DNA of 63,910 nt, counting the filler. It is 4 parts of 4 records of this genome, joined end to end, with 100 filler letters (N's around TTAATTAATTAA, not from the genome) between each part and the next. Parts side by side here need not be neighbours in the genome. Positions count along the whole stretch, not along the records: positions 1 to 27,622 come from DRR378314_266; 3 more parts are not named here. One strand, given 5' to 3'. Positions 10,393 to 20,934 of the stretch are shown in pieces. Each line of letters begins with the position of its first letter. Within the stretch, counting starts at the first letter, position 1. The translations under genes were made by a program, and so were the position numbers. Below the pieces are notes generated by a model that was not told where the DNA came from, searched no databases, and saw only the letters and a program-made list of their open reading frames with translations.

Positions 10393-10398
10393 GGATAG

Positions 10399-10417
10399 GG
10401 GCCGCCACGCGCGGCCC
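10399..10417. terminator. GC-rich hairpin between convergent ctpA and MFS genes
   Basis: GGGCCGC-cacgc-GCGGCCC 7-bp stem; no clear U-tract. Confidence 0.45.
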
Positions 10418-10437
10418 TGCTCCCTCGCTGTTTCAGT

Positions 10438-11964
10438 TCAGCCTTCGACTTTGTGCAGCTTTTTCTCGTCTAGCATCAGGGCAAGAACGATACCAGCGGC
10501 GACCGAGATGGTGGCGAAGACGAAGGCCATGTTCATACCGGTATCAAAGGCTGCTGCAATGGCGGCCTTAACCTTCTCGGTTTCACCCGAATTTAGTTTC
10601 TGAAGCACCGCTTTCGCAGATTCTGTGGTCAAGGTTCCACCATTGATCACTTTCAGATCGGCCTCGGACAAATTGATGCCTGCGGCGGTTAATCGAGATT
10701 TCAGGCTGGACAGGCTCGACGCGTACATGACTGCAGTCGCACAGGCGACAGAAATGGCACCGTAAACGAGATGTGTCATGAAACTTAGACCGCCAACCAG
10801 ACCGGCGCGTTCTGGCTTGACCGCGCATACAGCAGCAGTACCCGAAGGGCCGACCGTCAATGTTGCGCCCAACCCAATCATGGCCATTCCTGGCAGGATC
10901 TGAAGATATCCGGACCCGGCGGGCATCAGGACGACGCTGGCTGCGCCAGCCGTTGCGCAAATATAACCCCAAAAGAGCAATCGTTTGGGTCCGAAATCAT
11001 TATATAGCGTGCCCGAAACGATGGATCCGACGGCCAATAATACCGTCAGTGGTGCCAATCCCAGTGCAGATTGAAAGACGGACCATCCAAGGACTTTTTG
11101 CATATATTGCGGAAAATACAGCAATCCGACAAAAGCGGCCGATACGTTGAACATATTCAGACCTAGTGTGATCAGAAACTCCCGGTTCTGCATCAGTTGC
11201 GGCAGCAGCAAAGGTTCTTTGACCCGCTTTTCGATCCTCGGAAACAAGAAGAACAACACTGCGCTGACAAAGAACAACAGCAAGAGCGGTAGCGAGGTCC
11301 AGCCCCAGTCGGCCCCGACATCCAAACCATAGAGCAGCAGCAAAACAGCGAAAGATAGGACGCCCATACCGGCAAAGTCGATACGTTCACCTGTTTTGTG
11401 CTCGGTCTCGCGCTCCATCAGAAGAATGGCCGTCGCCATCGAAATACAGGAAAACACCACGTTGGCCAGGAAAAATAGCCGCCAATCACCCAGATTGACA
11501 ACTGCCCCACTGATCATCGGACCGAAGACATTGCCGGTGGTAACCCCGGCCAGGATCAGCCCCATAACCAACGCGCGATGTTCTTCTTTTGAAACCTTGG
11601 TCGCTCCAAACGCAAGAGTGCAGGGCCAGACGCATCCGGCACCTATCCCTTGAAGTGCGCGCGCTCCGATCAGGTAATCCAACCTGGGCGAGACAAAGCA
11701 CAAAACCGAAGCGAACAGGAAAATACAAAGGCCGATGATCATCATCTTGCGGTGACCGTACATGTCACCCAAGCGACCTCCGGCCACCATCGTCATGGCA
11801 AAAAACAAGGCATAGATATTCAGAACCCACTGGGTGCTGGTGATGTCTGTGTCAAAGCTGTTTTCAATGGCAGGGACCAGCATCAGGGCTCCGGTGAAAT
11901 CGATCCCGATCCCGAAGGCCGTCACCATCAAGGCGATGACTTTTATGATGCTCGTGCGGTCCAT
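10438..11964 (-). CDS. 14-TM MFS efflux transporter (DHA2, EmrB/QacA-like)
   Basis: QWVLNIYAL, motif A GGRLGDMYGHRK, ARALQGIG, WRLFFLANV, EPLLLPQL; about 14 hydrophobic segments. Confidence 0.9.
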   Translation of the reverse strand: MDRTSIIKVIALMVTAFGIGIDFTGALMLVPAIENSFDTDITSTQWVLNIYALFFAMTMVAGGRLGDMYGHRKMMIIGLCIFLFASVLCFVSPRLDYLIGARALQGIGAGCVWPCTLAFGATKVSKEEHRALVMGLILAGVTTGNVFGPMISGAVVNLGDWRLFFLANVVFSCISMATAILLMERETEHKTGERIDFAGMGVLSFAVLLLLYGLDVGADWGWTSLPLLLLFFVSAVLFFLFPRIEKRVKEPLLLPQLMQNREFLITLGLNMFNVSAAFVGLLYFPQYMQKVLGWSVFQSALGLAPLTVLLAVGSIVSGTLYNDFGPKRLLFWGYICATAGAASVVLMPAGSGYLQILPGMAMIGLGATLTVGPSGTAAVCAVKPERAGLVGGLSFMTHLVYGAISVACATAVMYASSLSSLKSRLTAAGINLSEADLKVINGGTLTTESAKAVLQKLNSGETEKVKAAIAAAFDTGMNMAFVFATISVAAGIVLALMLDEKKLHKVEG

Positions 11965-12069
11965 AGTCTCATCAATTGAAGATGGGAAGCTTCAATGATG
12001 CATGGATATGACTGAAAAGAAAGGAATACTTCCGAAGATCGCTGTCGGTTAGAGCACCAGGGGCAGATT

Positions 12070-12426
12070 CTATGATGACTGAGACCGGCGGAACGCGCGC
12101 TTCAGCATGTCAAGTTCTGCGCGAAGCAACGCAACCTCGGCCCTCAGATCGTCGGTGGCAGGAGATCCGGCGATGATGGTGAAATCGCCCAATTTCTGAT
12201 TGGTCGCCACGTCACGAATTAAGATGCAGTGTATGCCTTCGGACATGACCGAAAGGGGCACCGGAATGCGCAAATCCCATCCGTCTTCGTCGGGCGTCAG
12301 CTTAATATCTGGCAATGGTTCACCCAGATATTGCACCTCAACCTGCGGAGTGATTTCTCCGGTCAGATGGCCTTCCCACACTGCGTTCTCAAAACGGATC
12401 GGGGTCAAGCTGGTTTGCGTCATCAT
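12070..12426 (-). CDS. Conserved hypothetical protein with C-terminal coiled coil
   Basis: Beta-rich body then DLRAEVALLRAELDMLKRAFRR; 6 nt downstream of the upstream gene, probably co-transcribed. Confidence 0.75.
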   Translation of the reverse strand: MMTQTSLTPIRFENAVWEGHLTGEITPQVEVQYLGEPLPDIKLTPDEDGWDLRIPVPLSVMSEGIHCILIRDVATNQKLGDFTIIAGSPATDDLRAEVALLRAELDMLKRAFRRSQSS

Positions 12427-12432
12427 ATGCCT

Positions 12433-13209
12433 CTACAGATCAGCCCGGTGGTGGCGGCAGAATGTCAGATCGCGCAAGGCGATGCGGTTCATTGCCGGGT
12501 TATCAATGATTAGGTCCAGCCAGAGTTTTTCAATTCGTCGTTCATGCAGTTCCAGATGCGCAAGGTCAAAATCAACTGAACTTTCTGACATTGAAAGATT
12601 GAGCTCTCGCAGAACCTGCTCAGTGTTTGGACCATGTTGGATGTTAAGCCGGGAAAACACAGTTGTCGGGCGCTCGGATTCAATCACGGTGTCCACCCGC
12701 ATCAGATGCTGGCGTGTCAAATCAATGGCGGCATCCATTGGAAGTTCGACCGAAAGTGACAGAAATGTACCTTGAAAATCAAAGACCTCAATCGCCAGAC
12801 TGAAGGGAGCCAGGTCCTTTCCCCGTCGATTTCGTGTTTGTTGCATTGCGATCTCTGCCAGAGGGCAATCATGAAACAGGGTCACCTGACTGTCTATTCC
12901 TGCTTTGCGCGGTGCTGAGGCAAGTCCTTTGCGCAAGGCCGGTTCGCGCCAAAGATCAGGACGCCAGGACCAATCGGTTCCCAGCGGTCTCGGAAACTGG
13001 TTCGAACCAAGCCGCGGCTGGATCAAACGACTGTCTGCTGTTTGGATGACCCGCTCTAGTTGCCCGCGCAAATGGCGCGCCTCGTCCCGCTGGCGGCGCA
13101 ATTTGGGCAATGCCATCTGATCAGCCTGCTGTTCAGCCAGCCGCCACTGCGCGATTGCCTTGCGTCGAATATAGCGATCCAGAAATCCGCCCATCGTCCT
13201 ATCATCCAA
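12433..13209 (-). CDS. DUF6478-like Rhodobacteraceae conserved protein
   Basis: DWSWRPDLW, LFHDCP, RLNIQHGPNTEQ, KLWLDLI, C-terminal RADL; family recalled from memory, not searched. Confidence 0.7.
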   Translation of the reverse strand: MDDRTMGGFLDRYIRRKAIAQWRLAEQQADQMALPKLRRQRDEARHLRGQLERVIQTADSRLIQPRLGSNQFPRPLGTDWSWRPDLWREPALRKGLASAPRKAGIDSQVTLFHDCPLAEIAMQQTRNRRGKDLAPFSLAIEVFDFQGTFLSLSVELPMDAAIDLTRQHLMRVDTVIESERPTTVFSRLNIQHGPNTEQVLRELNLSMSESSVDFDLAHLELHERRIEKLWLDLIIDNPAMNRIALRDLTFCRHHRADL

Positions 13210-13435
13210 ACCTGCTTCTGTTTAGTCAAAGTCAAAGCGAGGGACAAACACGTCTTGATGATTAGGACGTGAATTTTTCTGAAATCTGGCTAAAGCCCAT
13301 CGATCAACTGAAATTTATGGCAACGACACTTCACTATTCTTGCAAAGGGAATGGCTGCAGCTTACCGTCGGCGTTCTGGTCGGGATGTAACCCGAATTAT
13401 CCCCAGATCATTAAGTTTCACGACGAGGCAGGGGC

Positions 13436-16400
13436 ATGGAACCCACCCTATTTTCATTTATCTGGAAGCACTCGAAAAAACAGCAATTGGTGTTGCTTTT
13501 TTTGACGGTTTTGTCGTTTCCTTTCCTCTATGCCTCGTTGGAGCTTCCAAAACAGATCATTAACGACGCCATTGGTGCGCCGACGGATACCGTGACATTC
13601 CTTGGCTTCACAGTAAGTCAGGTGCAGTACCTGATGATTCTGTGTTTTGCATTTTTGGCGACGGTCATCGCCAGCGGCGTGATGAAGATGCGCATAAACA
13701 CCATGAAGGGTATTCTGGCCGAGCGTATGTTGCGCCGCCTGCGCTTTACCCTGATCAGCCGGGCCATGCGCTTTCCCAAGTCCTATTTCGCGACCACCAG
13801 CCAGGGTGAATTGGTGTCGATGATCACGTCCGAGGCCGAACCGATGGGTGGGCTGATGGGCGATGCCATCGCGCAACCGGTGTTTCAGTTTGGTCAGATG
13901 ATGACCATCGTTACCTTTCTGTTCATGCAAAGCGTCTGGTTCGGGCTTGCCAGTATTGCGCTGATCCCTGTGCAGGCTTGGTTGATCCCAAAGCTTCAGC
14001 GCCAAATCAACCTTCTGAACAAGGATCGTATTCAAGAAGTCAGGCGATTAAGCTCTGAAATCGGTGAAAGTGCCGCCGGGATAAGTGACCTGCGCACCAA
14101 TGGTGGTTGGCGTTATCGTCTGGCTCAGTTCAGCCATCGTCTGGGGACATTGTTCGAGATCCGCTTCAAGATCTACAACAAGAAATTCTTCATGAAGTTC
14201 CTCAACAATCTGATCACTCAGATGACGCCTTTCCTGTTCTATTCGGTGGGTGGTTACCTGGCGATCACCGGTGAGGTGACGGTGGGCGCGCTGGTAGCAG
14301 CTTTGGGTGCCTACAAGGATCTCAGCGGCCCGTGGAAAGACCTGCTGACCTACTACAACCAGGTGCAGGACATGTCGCTGCGCTGGGAGATCGTGATCGA
14401 GCGGTTTGCCCCTTCAAACATGATACCCGAGCGGCTGTTTGAAGGTGTCCCCGCATCCATCCCGCATCTGACGGGGGATATCGAACTTCGCAATGTTACA
14501 GTTCGTGATGACGACGGTAAGACGATCCTCGAAGATATTGATCTGACAATTCCGCAAGGCGCACGGATCGCCATTCAGTCGAAACATGCCTCCGAGCGAA
14601 CTGCGCTTGCTCAGCTGCTGACACGTGAACTGCTGCCAGTTCAGGGAGAGGTCCTGATGGCAGGCCACAATCTGAACGATCTGCATCAGGCGGTGATCGC
14701 CGCAAGGATCGGCTATGCCTATTCGCGACCGTATTTGTTTGACGGAACGCTGGGGGACAACCTTTTGATGCCCTTGCGCACGCATCCTCAACACGAAGAA
14801 GATGCGTTACGTGTCCCCACGCGCCGTCAGATCGAAGCGGTGCGCGCGGGGAATCCACCCGATTCCCTTTCCGACGAATGGATTGACCCAAGTCTGGCAG
14901 GCCTTGATGACATCGAGGATATCCGTGATTGGTGGTTCCAGCTTGTCGAAGCAATGGGCATTGACGAGTTCATGTTCCGCCGCACACTGCGATCACAATT
15001 CGATCCAATGGTGCATTCGGCGTTGGCGCAAGAAATCGTCGATCTCAGAGATACCGTAGCCGATCGCTTGCAACAGCGTGAGCTGGATAAGTTCGTTTAC
15101 CGGTTCGATCCCGATCAGTTCAATCCAGCCGTTCCGTTGGGCGGCAACCTGCTGTTTGCCTCTCCGGCACACGACATAGCACCTGATATTCTTGCGGGTG
15201 ACGGGCGGTTCCTGTCGCTGTTAAAAGCAAACGATCTGGATGATGACGCGCTTGGGATTGCCGAAGCTGTACTGGATACACTGAACCAGACATTTGGGCG
15301 CGACGGGGCAGATCACCCGCTGTTCCTGCGGTTGGGCATGTCAAAGGATATGTACCATCGACTACTTGATATTGAAGAGCGTCGCAGAACCAAAGGCGAA
15401 GATTCTATTGGTGATCAAGAGCGTGCGTTGCTGTTGACCGTCCCATTCATGCTGACCGCCGAGCAAATCGGCCCCAGTTTCCCCGAAGAATACAAGGACA
15501 AAATACTCTCGATCCGTCACAGCCAGGCGGAAAGGCTAAGGGATGCGATGGGTTCGATGTTTGTGCCAGTGTCGCCAGATGTCTACGTTCCGCGCCTGAC
15601 AGCAATGGAAAATGCGCTTTATGGTCGGGTGTCTATTATGGCTGGTGCGCACGCGGAAGAGATCGAAGATCTTGTGGCCGAAGTGTTGAACGAGGCCGGG
15701 CTGCGCCGCAGGGCTGCCGCGATCATTTATGACCTTCCGTCCGGTTTAGGGGGCAACAATTTGCCGACCGTGTTCCAGGAACGCGCCGCGTTTTCGCGGG
15801 CGGGGATAAAACGCCCCGATATCCTGATCCTCGACAAGGCCCTGGCCAGTCATGACTCGGAAAGCCGCCTCCGAACCCGCCTTAAGCTGCGCGAATTGCT
15901 GCCCGATTCAGTCATGATTTTCATGGAAGATCATTTTGCCCATCCTGAAGCCTATGATCTGTTTGTCGAAATCAAAGATGGCCGTATTGACGGTGTCTCG
16001 CGCGTGTCTACCGAGGACGAAGTCGACGGGCCAGATGACCTGAGCCGAAAGCTCAAGATCATTTCGTCGAACGAGTTGTTCTCGCGGGTGGATGGGCGCA
16101 ATCAGCGCCTTCTGGCATTCTCGGCGCAATGGTACGAAGCGGCTGCAGGTCAGACCATATTCTCGCGCGGGCAGGCTCCGGATGCGGCCTATCTGTGTAT
16201 TTCAGGTCAGGCGACCCTGAACTGGCTGGACGAACACGGCGATATGCGTTCGATCTCGACGGTTGAGCCGGGCCGCCTGATAGGGGACCTGGCGATCATT
16301 ACAAATGAACCGCGTCAATTGGATTTGGTGGCCCTCACGGATTGCGCCTTCCTGAGAATCGGTGCCGAGGAACTACGTGCAGTCATCGAAAGTGATGCAG

Positions 16401-16531
16401 GTGTTGCTGTGAGATTGCTTGAAACCGTGGCGGGCTATCTGACCACTGTGTCCGAACGGCTGCGCGATCCCAGTACCCCAATTGGGGAAGACCCAGCCCT
16501 TGTGGGTGCCGGGCAAGACAATGAGGGTTAG
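13436..16531 (+). CDS. ABC-type TMD + degenerate split NBD + C-terminal cyclic-nucleotide-binding domain fusion
   Basis: Six-TM ABC membrane domain; GDIELRNVTV NBD start; KRPDILILDK Walker-B-like; cNMP domain IFSRGQAPDAAYL...GRLIGDLAII...R. Confidence 0.85.
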   Translation: MEPTLFSFIWKHSKKQQLVLLFLTVLSFPFLYASLELPKQIINDAIGAPTDTVTFLGFTVSQVQYLMILCFAFLATVIASGVMKMRINTMKGILAERMLRRLRFTLISRAMRFPKSYFATTSQGELVSMITSEAEPMGGLMGDAIAQPVFQFGQMMTIVTFLFMQSVWFGLASIALIPVQAWLIPKLQRQINLLNKDRIQEVRRLSSEIGESAAGISDLRTNGGWRYRLAQFSHRLGTLFEIRFKIYNKKFFMKFLNNLITQMTPFLFYSVGGYLAITGEVTVGALVAALGAYKDLSGPWKDLLTYYNQVQDMSLRWEIVIERFAPSNMIPERLFEGVPASIPHLTGDIELRNVTVRDDDGKTILEDIDLTIPQGARIAIQSKHASERTALAQLLTRELLPVQGEVLMAGHNLNDLHQAVIAARIGYAYSRPYLFDGTLGDNLLMPLRTHPQHEEDALRVPTRRQIEAVRAGNPPDSLSDEWIDPSLAGLDDIEDIRDWWFQLVEAMGIDEFMFRRTLRSQFDPMVHSALAQEIVDLRDTVADRLQQRELDKFVYRFDPDQFNPAVPLGGNLLFASPAHDIAPDILAGDGRFLSLLKANDLDDDALGIAEAVLDTLNQTFGRDGADHPLFLRLGMSKDMYHRLLDIEERRRTKGEDSIGDQERALLLTVPFMLTAEQIGPSFPEEYKDKILSIRHSQAERLRDAMGSMFVPVSPDVYVPRLTAMENALYGRVSIMAGAHAEEIEDLVAEVLNEAGLRRRAAAIIYDLPSGLGGNNLPTVFQERAAFSRAGIKRPDILILDKALASHDSESRLRTRLKLRELLPDSVMIFMEDHFAHPEAYDLFVEIKDGRIDGVSRVSTEDEVDGPDDLSRKLKIISSNELFSRVDGRNQRLLAFSAQWYEAAAGQTIFSRGQAPDAAYLCISGQATLNWLDEHGDMRSISTVEPGRLIGDLAIITNEPRQLDLVALTDCAFLRIGAEELRAVIESDAGVAVRLLETVAGYLTTVSERLRDPSTPIGEDPALVGAGQDNEG

Positions 16532-17420
16532 AAAGAGCTACGACGCCTATCGTAGCCACGAAAACCTGCTAAGCGAGGCCCGCAGATACCCCGATCTTTG
16601 GCGCCTGTTTGCGGGTCTCGTGCTGGTGTCGGTAGTTGTTGTGGCGCTTAATGCGATCTTGTTCGCCATCATAGCCAATCTGACAACGCCAGGGTCAGCG
16701 GCTGGCTTTCTGACGGGTGCGTCCCCCTTGGCACTTCTCATCGTGCTATCTAGCTTTATCTTCGCCACCCTTGGCGTAGCACTGAGTGCGAGGCTGTTTC
16801 AGCACCGTTCGCTTGCCTCGGTAATTGGAGGGCAAAGTTTAGCAATACGACAGTTCTGGCGCGTCTTCCGCGCGCTGTTGCTGCTGAGTGTGGCCGTATT
16901 TGCGCTGCCGCCCTACAATCTGGGTGCACCTTTGGTGGCGAATCTGCCTTTCGCCAGATGGTTGCTGCTATTGCCGCTATCGATCGTAGCAGTCCTGATC
17001 CAGACCAGCGCCGAAGAAGTTCTGTTTCGGGGCTACCTGCAACAAAGCCTCGCCGCACGGTTTCGATCGCCATTGATCTGGATAGGTCTGCCATCAATAT
17101 TGTTCGCGGCCGGACACTATAACCCGGCCACCGTGGGCGATAACGCACTGCTAATTGCGATTTGGGCACTTACATTTGGGATTCTGACAGCTGACTTGAC
17201 TGCGAGGGCAGGGACACTCGGGCCCGCCATAGCGCTGCATTTCTTTAATAATTTTGCGGCCCTTCTGGTTATTTCGTTGCCTGACAGTCTTAGTGGTCTG
17301 GCCTTGTATCACCTCCCTTATCAGGCTTCAGATGCAGATGCGCTAAGGCCTTGGCTGCTTGTCGACTTTGCGCTGATGATCGTCGGGTGGCTTACGGCGC
17401 GACTGGCCCTCAGGCGTTGA
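16521..17420 (+). CDS. CPBP/Abi (CAAX) family intramembrane glutamic protease
   Basis: [22 protein letters not shown] motifs; start placed at ATG 16521, overlapping the ABC gene stop. Confidence 0.9.
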   Translation: MRVRKSYDAYRSHENLLSEARRYPDLWRLFAGLVLVSVVVVALNAILFAIIANLTTPGSAAGFLTGASPLALLIVLSSFIFATLGVALSARLFQHRSLASVIGGQSLAIRQFWRVFRALLLLSVAVFALPPYNLGAPLVANLPFARWLLLLPLSIVAVLIQTSAEEVLFRGYLQQSLAARFRSPLIWIGLPSILFAAGHYNPATVGDNALLIAIWALTFGILTADLTARAGTLGPAIALHFFNNFAALLVISLPDSLSGLALYHLPYQASDADALRPWLLVDFALMIVGWLTARLALRR

Positions 17421-17479
17421 TTGCATTTCCCGTCGTTGCGCCTTATTTGACGTCAACGCCGCATTATCAAGGTTCCGAC

Positions 17480-18412
17480 ATGAACTGGATCACAAACTAC
17501 GTCCGCCCCCGGATCAACTCGATCTTCTCACGCCGCGAAGTACCCGAAAACCTTTGGCATAAGTGTGATGAATGCGGAACCATGCTGTTCCACCGCGAGT
17601 TGGCAGATAACCAGAATGTCTGCACCCAGTGTGATCACCATATGGGGATCACGCCACGAGACCGGTTCAAGCATCTGTTCGATGGCGGTATATTCTCTGA
17701 GGTTGATGTTCCGGCCCCCAAGGATGACCCGCTGCAATTCCGGGATCAGAAGAAATATCCCGACCGGATGAAAGCAGCGCAGAAAAAGACTGGCGAGAAA
17801 GAGGCGATGCTGGTCGCACTGGGCGAAATCGGGCGTACTCCGATCGTTGCTGCCGCGCAGGATTTCTCATTCATGGGCGGGTCTATGGGCATGTATGTTG
17901 GCAATGCCATCATTGCTGCGGCACAAGAGGCCGTTAAGCTGAAGCGCCCGCTGATCTTGTTCTCGGCAGCTGGCGGTGCGCGGATGCAAGAAGGCATACT
18001 GAGCCTGATGCAGATGCCGCGTACTACGGTGGCGGTTGAAATGCTCAAAGAGGCGAAGCTGCCTTATATCGTTGTGTTGACGCACCCTACCACAGGCGGT
18101 GTTACCGCATCCTATGCCATGTTGGGTGACGTTCATATTTCCGAACCCAATGCTCTGATCTGTTTCGCGGGTCCCCGTGTGATCGAGCAGACCATTCGCG
18201 AGAAACTGCCCGAAGGTTTCCAGCGCGCGGAATACCTGTTGGATCACGGCATGCTCGACCGCGTGACCAAGCGCACCGAAATGCGGGAAGAGCTGATCAC
18301 CATCACCCGAATGCTGACGAATCAGCCCCCTGCGGTCAAAGGTGATCTGCCGGCGCCTGAACCGGAAGAAGCCACTGCAGAAGCACCAACCGAGGATGCG
18401 GTCGAGAAATGA
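17480..18412 (+). CDS. accD: Acetyl-CoA carboxylase carboxyltransferase beta subunit
   Basis: [10 protein letters not shown] start at 17480; zinc finger CDEC...[35 protein letters not shown]. Confidence 0.98.
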   Translation: MNWITNYVRPRINSIFSRREVPENLWHKCDECGTMLFHRELADNQNVCTQCDHHMGITPRDRFKHLFDGGIFSEVDVPAPKDDPLQFRDQKKYPDRMKAAQKKTGEKEAMLVALGEIGRTPIVAAAQDFSFMGGSMGMYVGNAIIAAAQEAVKLKRPLILFSAAGGARMQEGILSLMQMPRTTVAVEMLKEAKLPYIVVLTHPTTGGVTASYAMLGDVHISEPNALICFAGPRVIEQTIREKLPEGFQRAEYLLDHGMLDRVTKRTEMREELITITRMLTNQPPAVKGDLPAPEPEEATAEAPTEDAVEK

Positions 18413-19683
18413 CCGCCCAGACCTCGGATGTCATCCTTGATCGGATGATGGCGTTGCACCCCAAGATCATCGACCTGACCCTGGACCGCATGTGGCGTTT
18501 GCTGGCTGCGCTGGACAAACCACAGATCAAGCTACCCCCGGTCATTCATATCGCCGGAACCAATGGCAAGGGCTCGACCCAGGCCATGATCCGCGCGGGG
18601 CTTGAAGGGGCAGGGCATGCGGTTCATGCCTATACCTCACCCCATCTGGCCCGGTTTCACGAACGCATCCGGCTGGCCGGAAAGCTGATTTTGGAACCTG
18701 ACCTCACCGCCGTTCTGGATGAATGCTACGCCGCCAATGGTGGCGAGAACATCACCTATTTCGAGATCACCACCTGCGCGGCACTTCTGGCGTTTTCGCG
18801 CACGAGGGCGGATTATACATTGCTCGAAGTTGGTTTGGGTGGGCGTCTGGACGCCACCAATGTGGTCGAACAACCTGCGTTGACGGTCATCACACCTGTT
18901 TCGATCGATCACGAACAATTCCTTGGTGATACTCTGGGCAAGATCGCTGCGGAAAAAGCCGGAATTATTAAACCCGGCGTGCCCTGTATTGTTGGCCCAC
19001 AGCAAGATGAGGCGCTGGAAGTCATCGAGTACACTGCAGCCCGCCTAGGCGCGCCGCTGCAGGTTTACGGGCAACATTGGCATGTGCATACCGAAAATGG
19101 GCGCCTGATTTATCAGGATGAAACCGGATTGCGTGATCTGCCGATGCCAAACCTGTTGGGGGCTCATCAGATAATCAACGCAGGGGCAGCTCTGGCCGTA
19201 TTACGTCACCTGCAAATGGGTGATGACGCTTATGAGGCCGCAGTCACTAAGACTGAATGGCTCGCGCGCATGCAGCGGTTGAAATCCGGCCCCCTCGTCG
19301 ATCAAGCCCCGCAAGCTGAACTGTGGCTGGATGGAGGTCACAACGCCGCCGCAGGCATCGCATTGGCTGATGTTCTGTCGTCATTGCCGAAACGGCCCAC
19401 GCATATGATTTGCGGCATGTTAAATACGAAGGATGTTACTGGCTATCTCGCGCCATTGGCTGCAAAAGCCGACAGCCTGACCGCCGTATCCATCCCCGGT
19501 GAGCAAAATACGCTGAGCGCAGAAGAGACTGCTGCTGCGGCTGCCAGAGTGGACCTGACGGCCACAACAGCCGATAGCGTCGCGGATGCGCTTGCCGCCA
19601 TCACCGCTCGTTCCCCGGATGCGCGGGTTCTGATCTGCGGGTCACTTTATCTCGCCGGTAATATCCTCCGAGAAAACGCCTGA
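18409..19683 (+). CDS. folC: Folylpolyglutamate synthase/dihydrofolate synthase
   Basis: [43 protein letters not shown]; accD-folC synteny. Confidence 0.97.
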   Translation: MTAQTSDVILDRMMALHPKIIDLTLDRMWRLLAALDKPQIKLPPVIHIAGTNGKGSTQAMIRAGLEGAGHAVHAYTSPHLARFHERIRLAGKLILEPDLTAVLDECYAANGGENITYFEITTCAALLAFSRTRADYTLLEVGLGGRLDATNVVEQPALTVITPVSIDHEQFLGDTLGKIAAEKAGIIKPGVPCIVGPQQDEALEVIEYTAARLGAPLQVYGQHWHVHTENGRLIYQDETGLRDLPMPNLLGAHQIINAGAALAVLRHLQMGDDAYEAAVTKTEWLARMQRLKSGPLVDQAPQAELWLDGGHNAAAGIALADVLSSLPKRPTHMICGMLNTKDVTGYLAPLAAKADSLTAVSIPGEQNTLSAEETAAAAARVDLTATTADSVADALAAITARSPDARVLICGSLYLAGNILRENA

Positions 19684-19727
19684 TCCTTTACGTGGTCGAA
19701 AATACTCCGGGTCGGGGGTAGGGGGCC

Positions 19728-20798
19728 TTATTGTCCCCAATCCTTATCCTGCATCTCGCGCAGGCGTGACGCTGTGCGCTCAAACTCGAACGTGCCTTCC
19801 CCTTCGACGTACAGCATCTCGGGCTCAGCAGCGGCAGAACAGATCAGCCGGACCTTTGCTTCATACAACGCGTCGATCAACGTGACGAAGCGCTTGGCCT
19901 CATTAAAATTGTTGCGCGACAAGCGCGGTATGTCCTCAAGCACCAGAACTTTCAGCGCTTCTGCAATGGCCAGATAGTCACCCGGTCCCAGCATCCGTCC
20001 GCATAGGTCGTAAAATGAGGCCCGCGCCACACCGTTGCGGAACGCAGGCAGCACCACCTCGCGCCCTTTAACCTGAAGGGTCAGCGGCTCTGCGGGTCCA
20101 CCAGATAAATCATTCCACACAGCCCGAATATTATCGCGCGCTTCGGGTCCGATAGGTGTGAAATATACCGGCGAGCCTTCAAGCCGGTTCTGCCGATAAT
20201 CCGTAGGTGAAACCAGCTCCCACACTTCCAGCTGTTCTTTGATGTGCTGGATAAAAGGCAGGAACAATTGCCGGTTCAACCCATCCTTATACAGATCATC
20301 GGGATGCCGGTTCGAGGTTGTGATGACAACCACCCCGCCCTTGTGGAGCATATCAAACAACCGCCCCACGATCATCGCATCGGTGATATCGGTAATCTGC
20401 ATCTCATCAAATGCCAGGACGCGTGCGGATTTGATCACAGCCTCGGCCACTGGGGCCAGCGCATCTTCAACTCCATCTTCGCGCGCCTTGTGCAGGCCGG
20501 TATGGATTTCCTGCATGAATGCGTGAAAATGGACCCGGCGAACCGGTATGTCGCCCAGCGTCTCGACAAACATGTCCATCAGCATCGACTTGCCACGCCC
20601 AACGCCGCCCCAAAGATACAAGCCTTTGGGTGGGGGCGACGCCTTGCGGAACAAACCGCGCTTGACCGGTTCGGCCAAAGCTGTGCGAATTCGGTCAAAC
20701 CGGGGTAGCACTGCCTCTTGTGCGTCATCCCGGGTCAGCGACCCATCAGCAATATGATCTTCATAAAGCGAAATCAGATCCGTCATGAGTTGAGCCAT
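19728..20798 (-). CDS. zapE: Cell division ATPase ZapE (AFG1 family)
   Basis: GLYLWGGVGRGKS, RVHFHAFM, FDEMQITDITDAM, TSNRHPDDLY, FERTASRLREM. Confidence 0.95.
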   Translation of the reverse strand: MAQLMTDLISLYEDHIADGSLTRDDAQEAVLPRFDRIRTALAEPVKRGLFRKASPPPKGLYLWGGVGRGKSMLMDMFVETLGDIPVRRVHFHAFMQEIHTGLHKAREDGVEDALAPVAEAVIKSARVLAFDEMQITDITDAMIVGRLFDMLHKGGVVVITTSNRHPDDLYKDGLNRQLFLPFIQHIKEQLEVWELVSPTDYRQNRLEGSPVYFTPIGPEARDNIRAVWNDLSGGPAEPLTLQVKGREVVLPAFRNGVARASFYDLCGRMLGPGDYLAIAEALKVLVLEDIPRLSRNNFNEAKRFVTLIDALYEAKVRLICSAAAEPEMLYVEGEGTFEFERTASRLREMQDKDWGQ

Positions 20799-20934
20799 AC
20801 CGTCCGGTTCGTATGTTGAAAAGAAACCTTTTTTCCTGACCCATCAATTTTGCTGAACTGGTGTCACAAAACTCCTGAATTGACGCTTCAAACTACGTCG
20901 CTAACGTCTGACAGAATAGAATTCCGGAGCCTCA

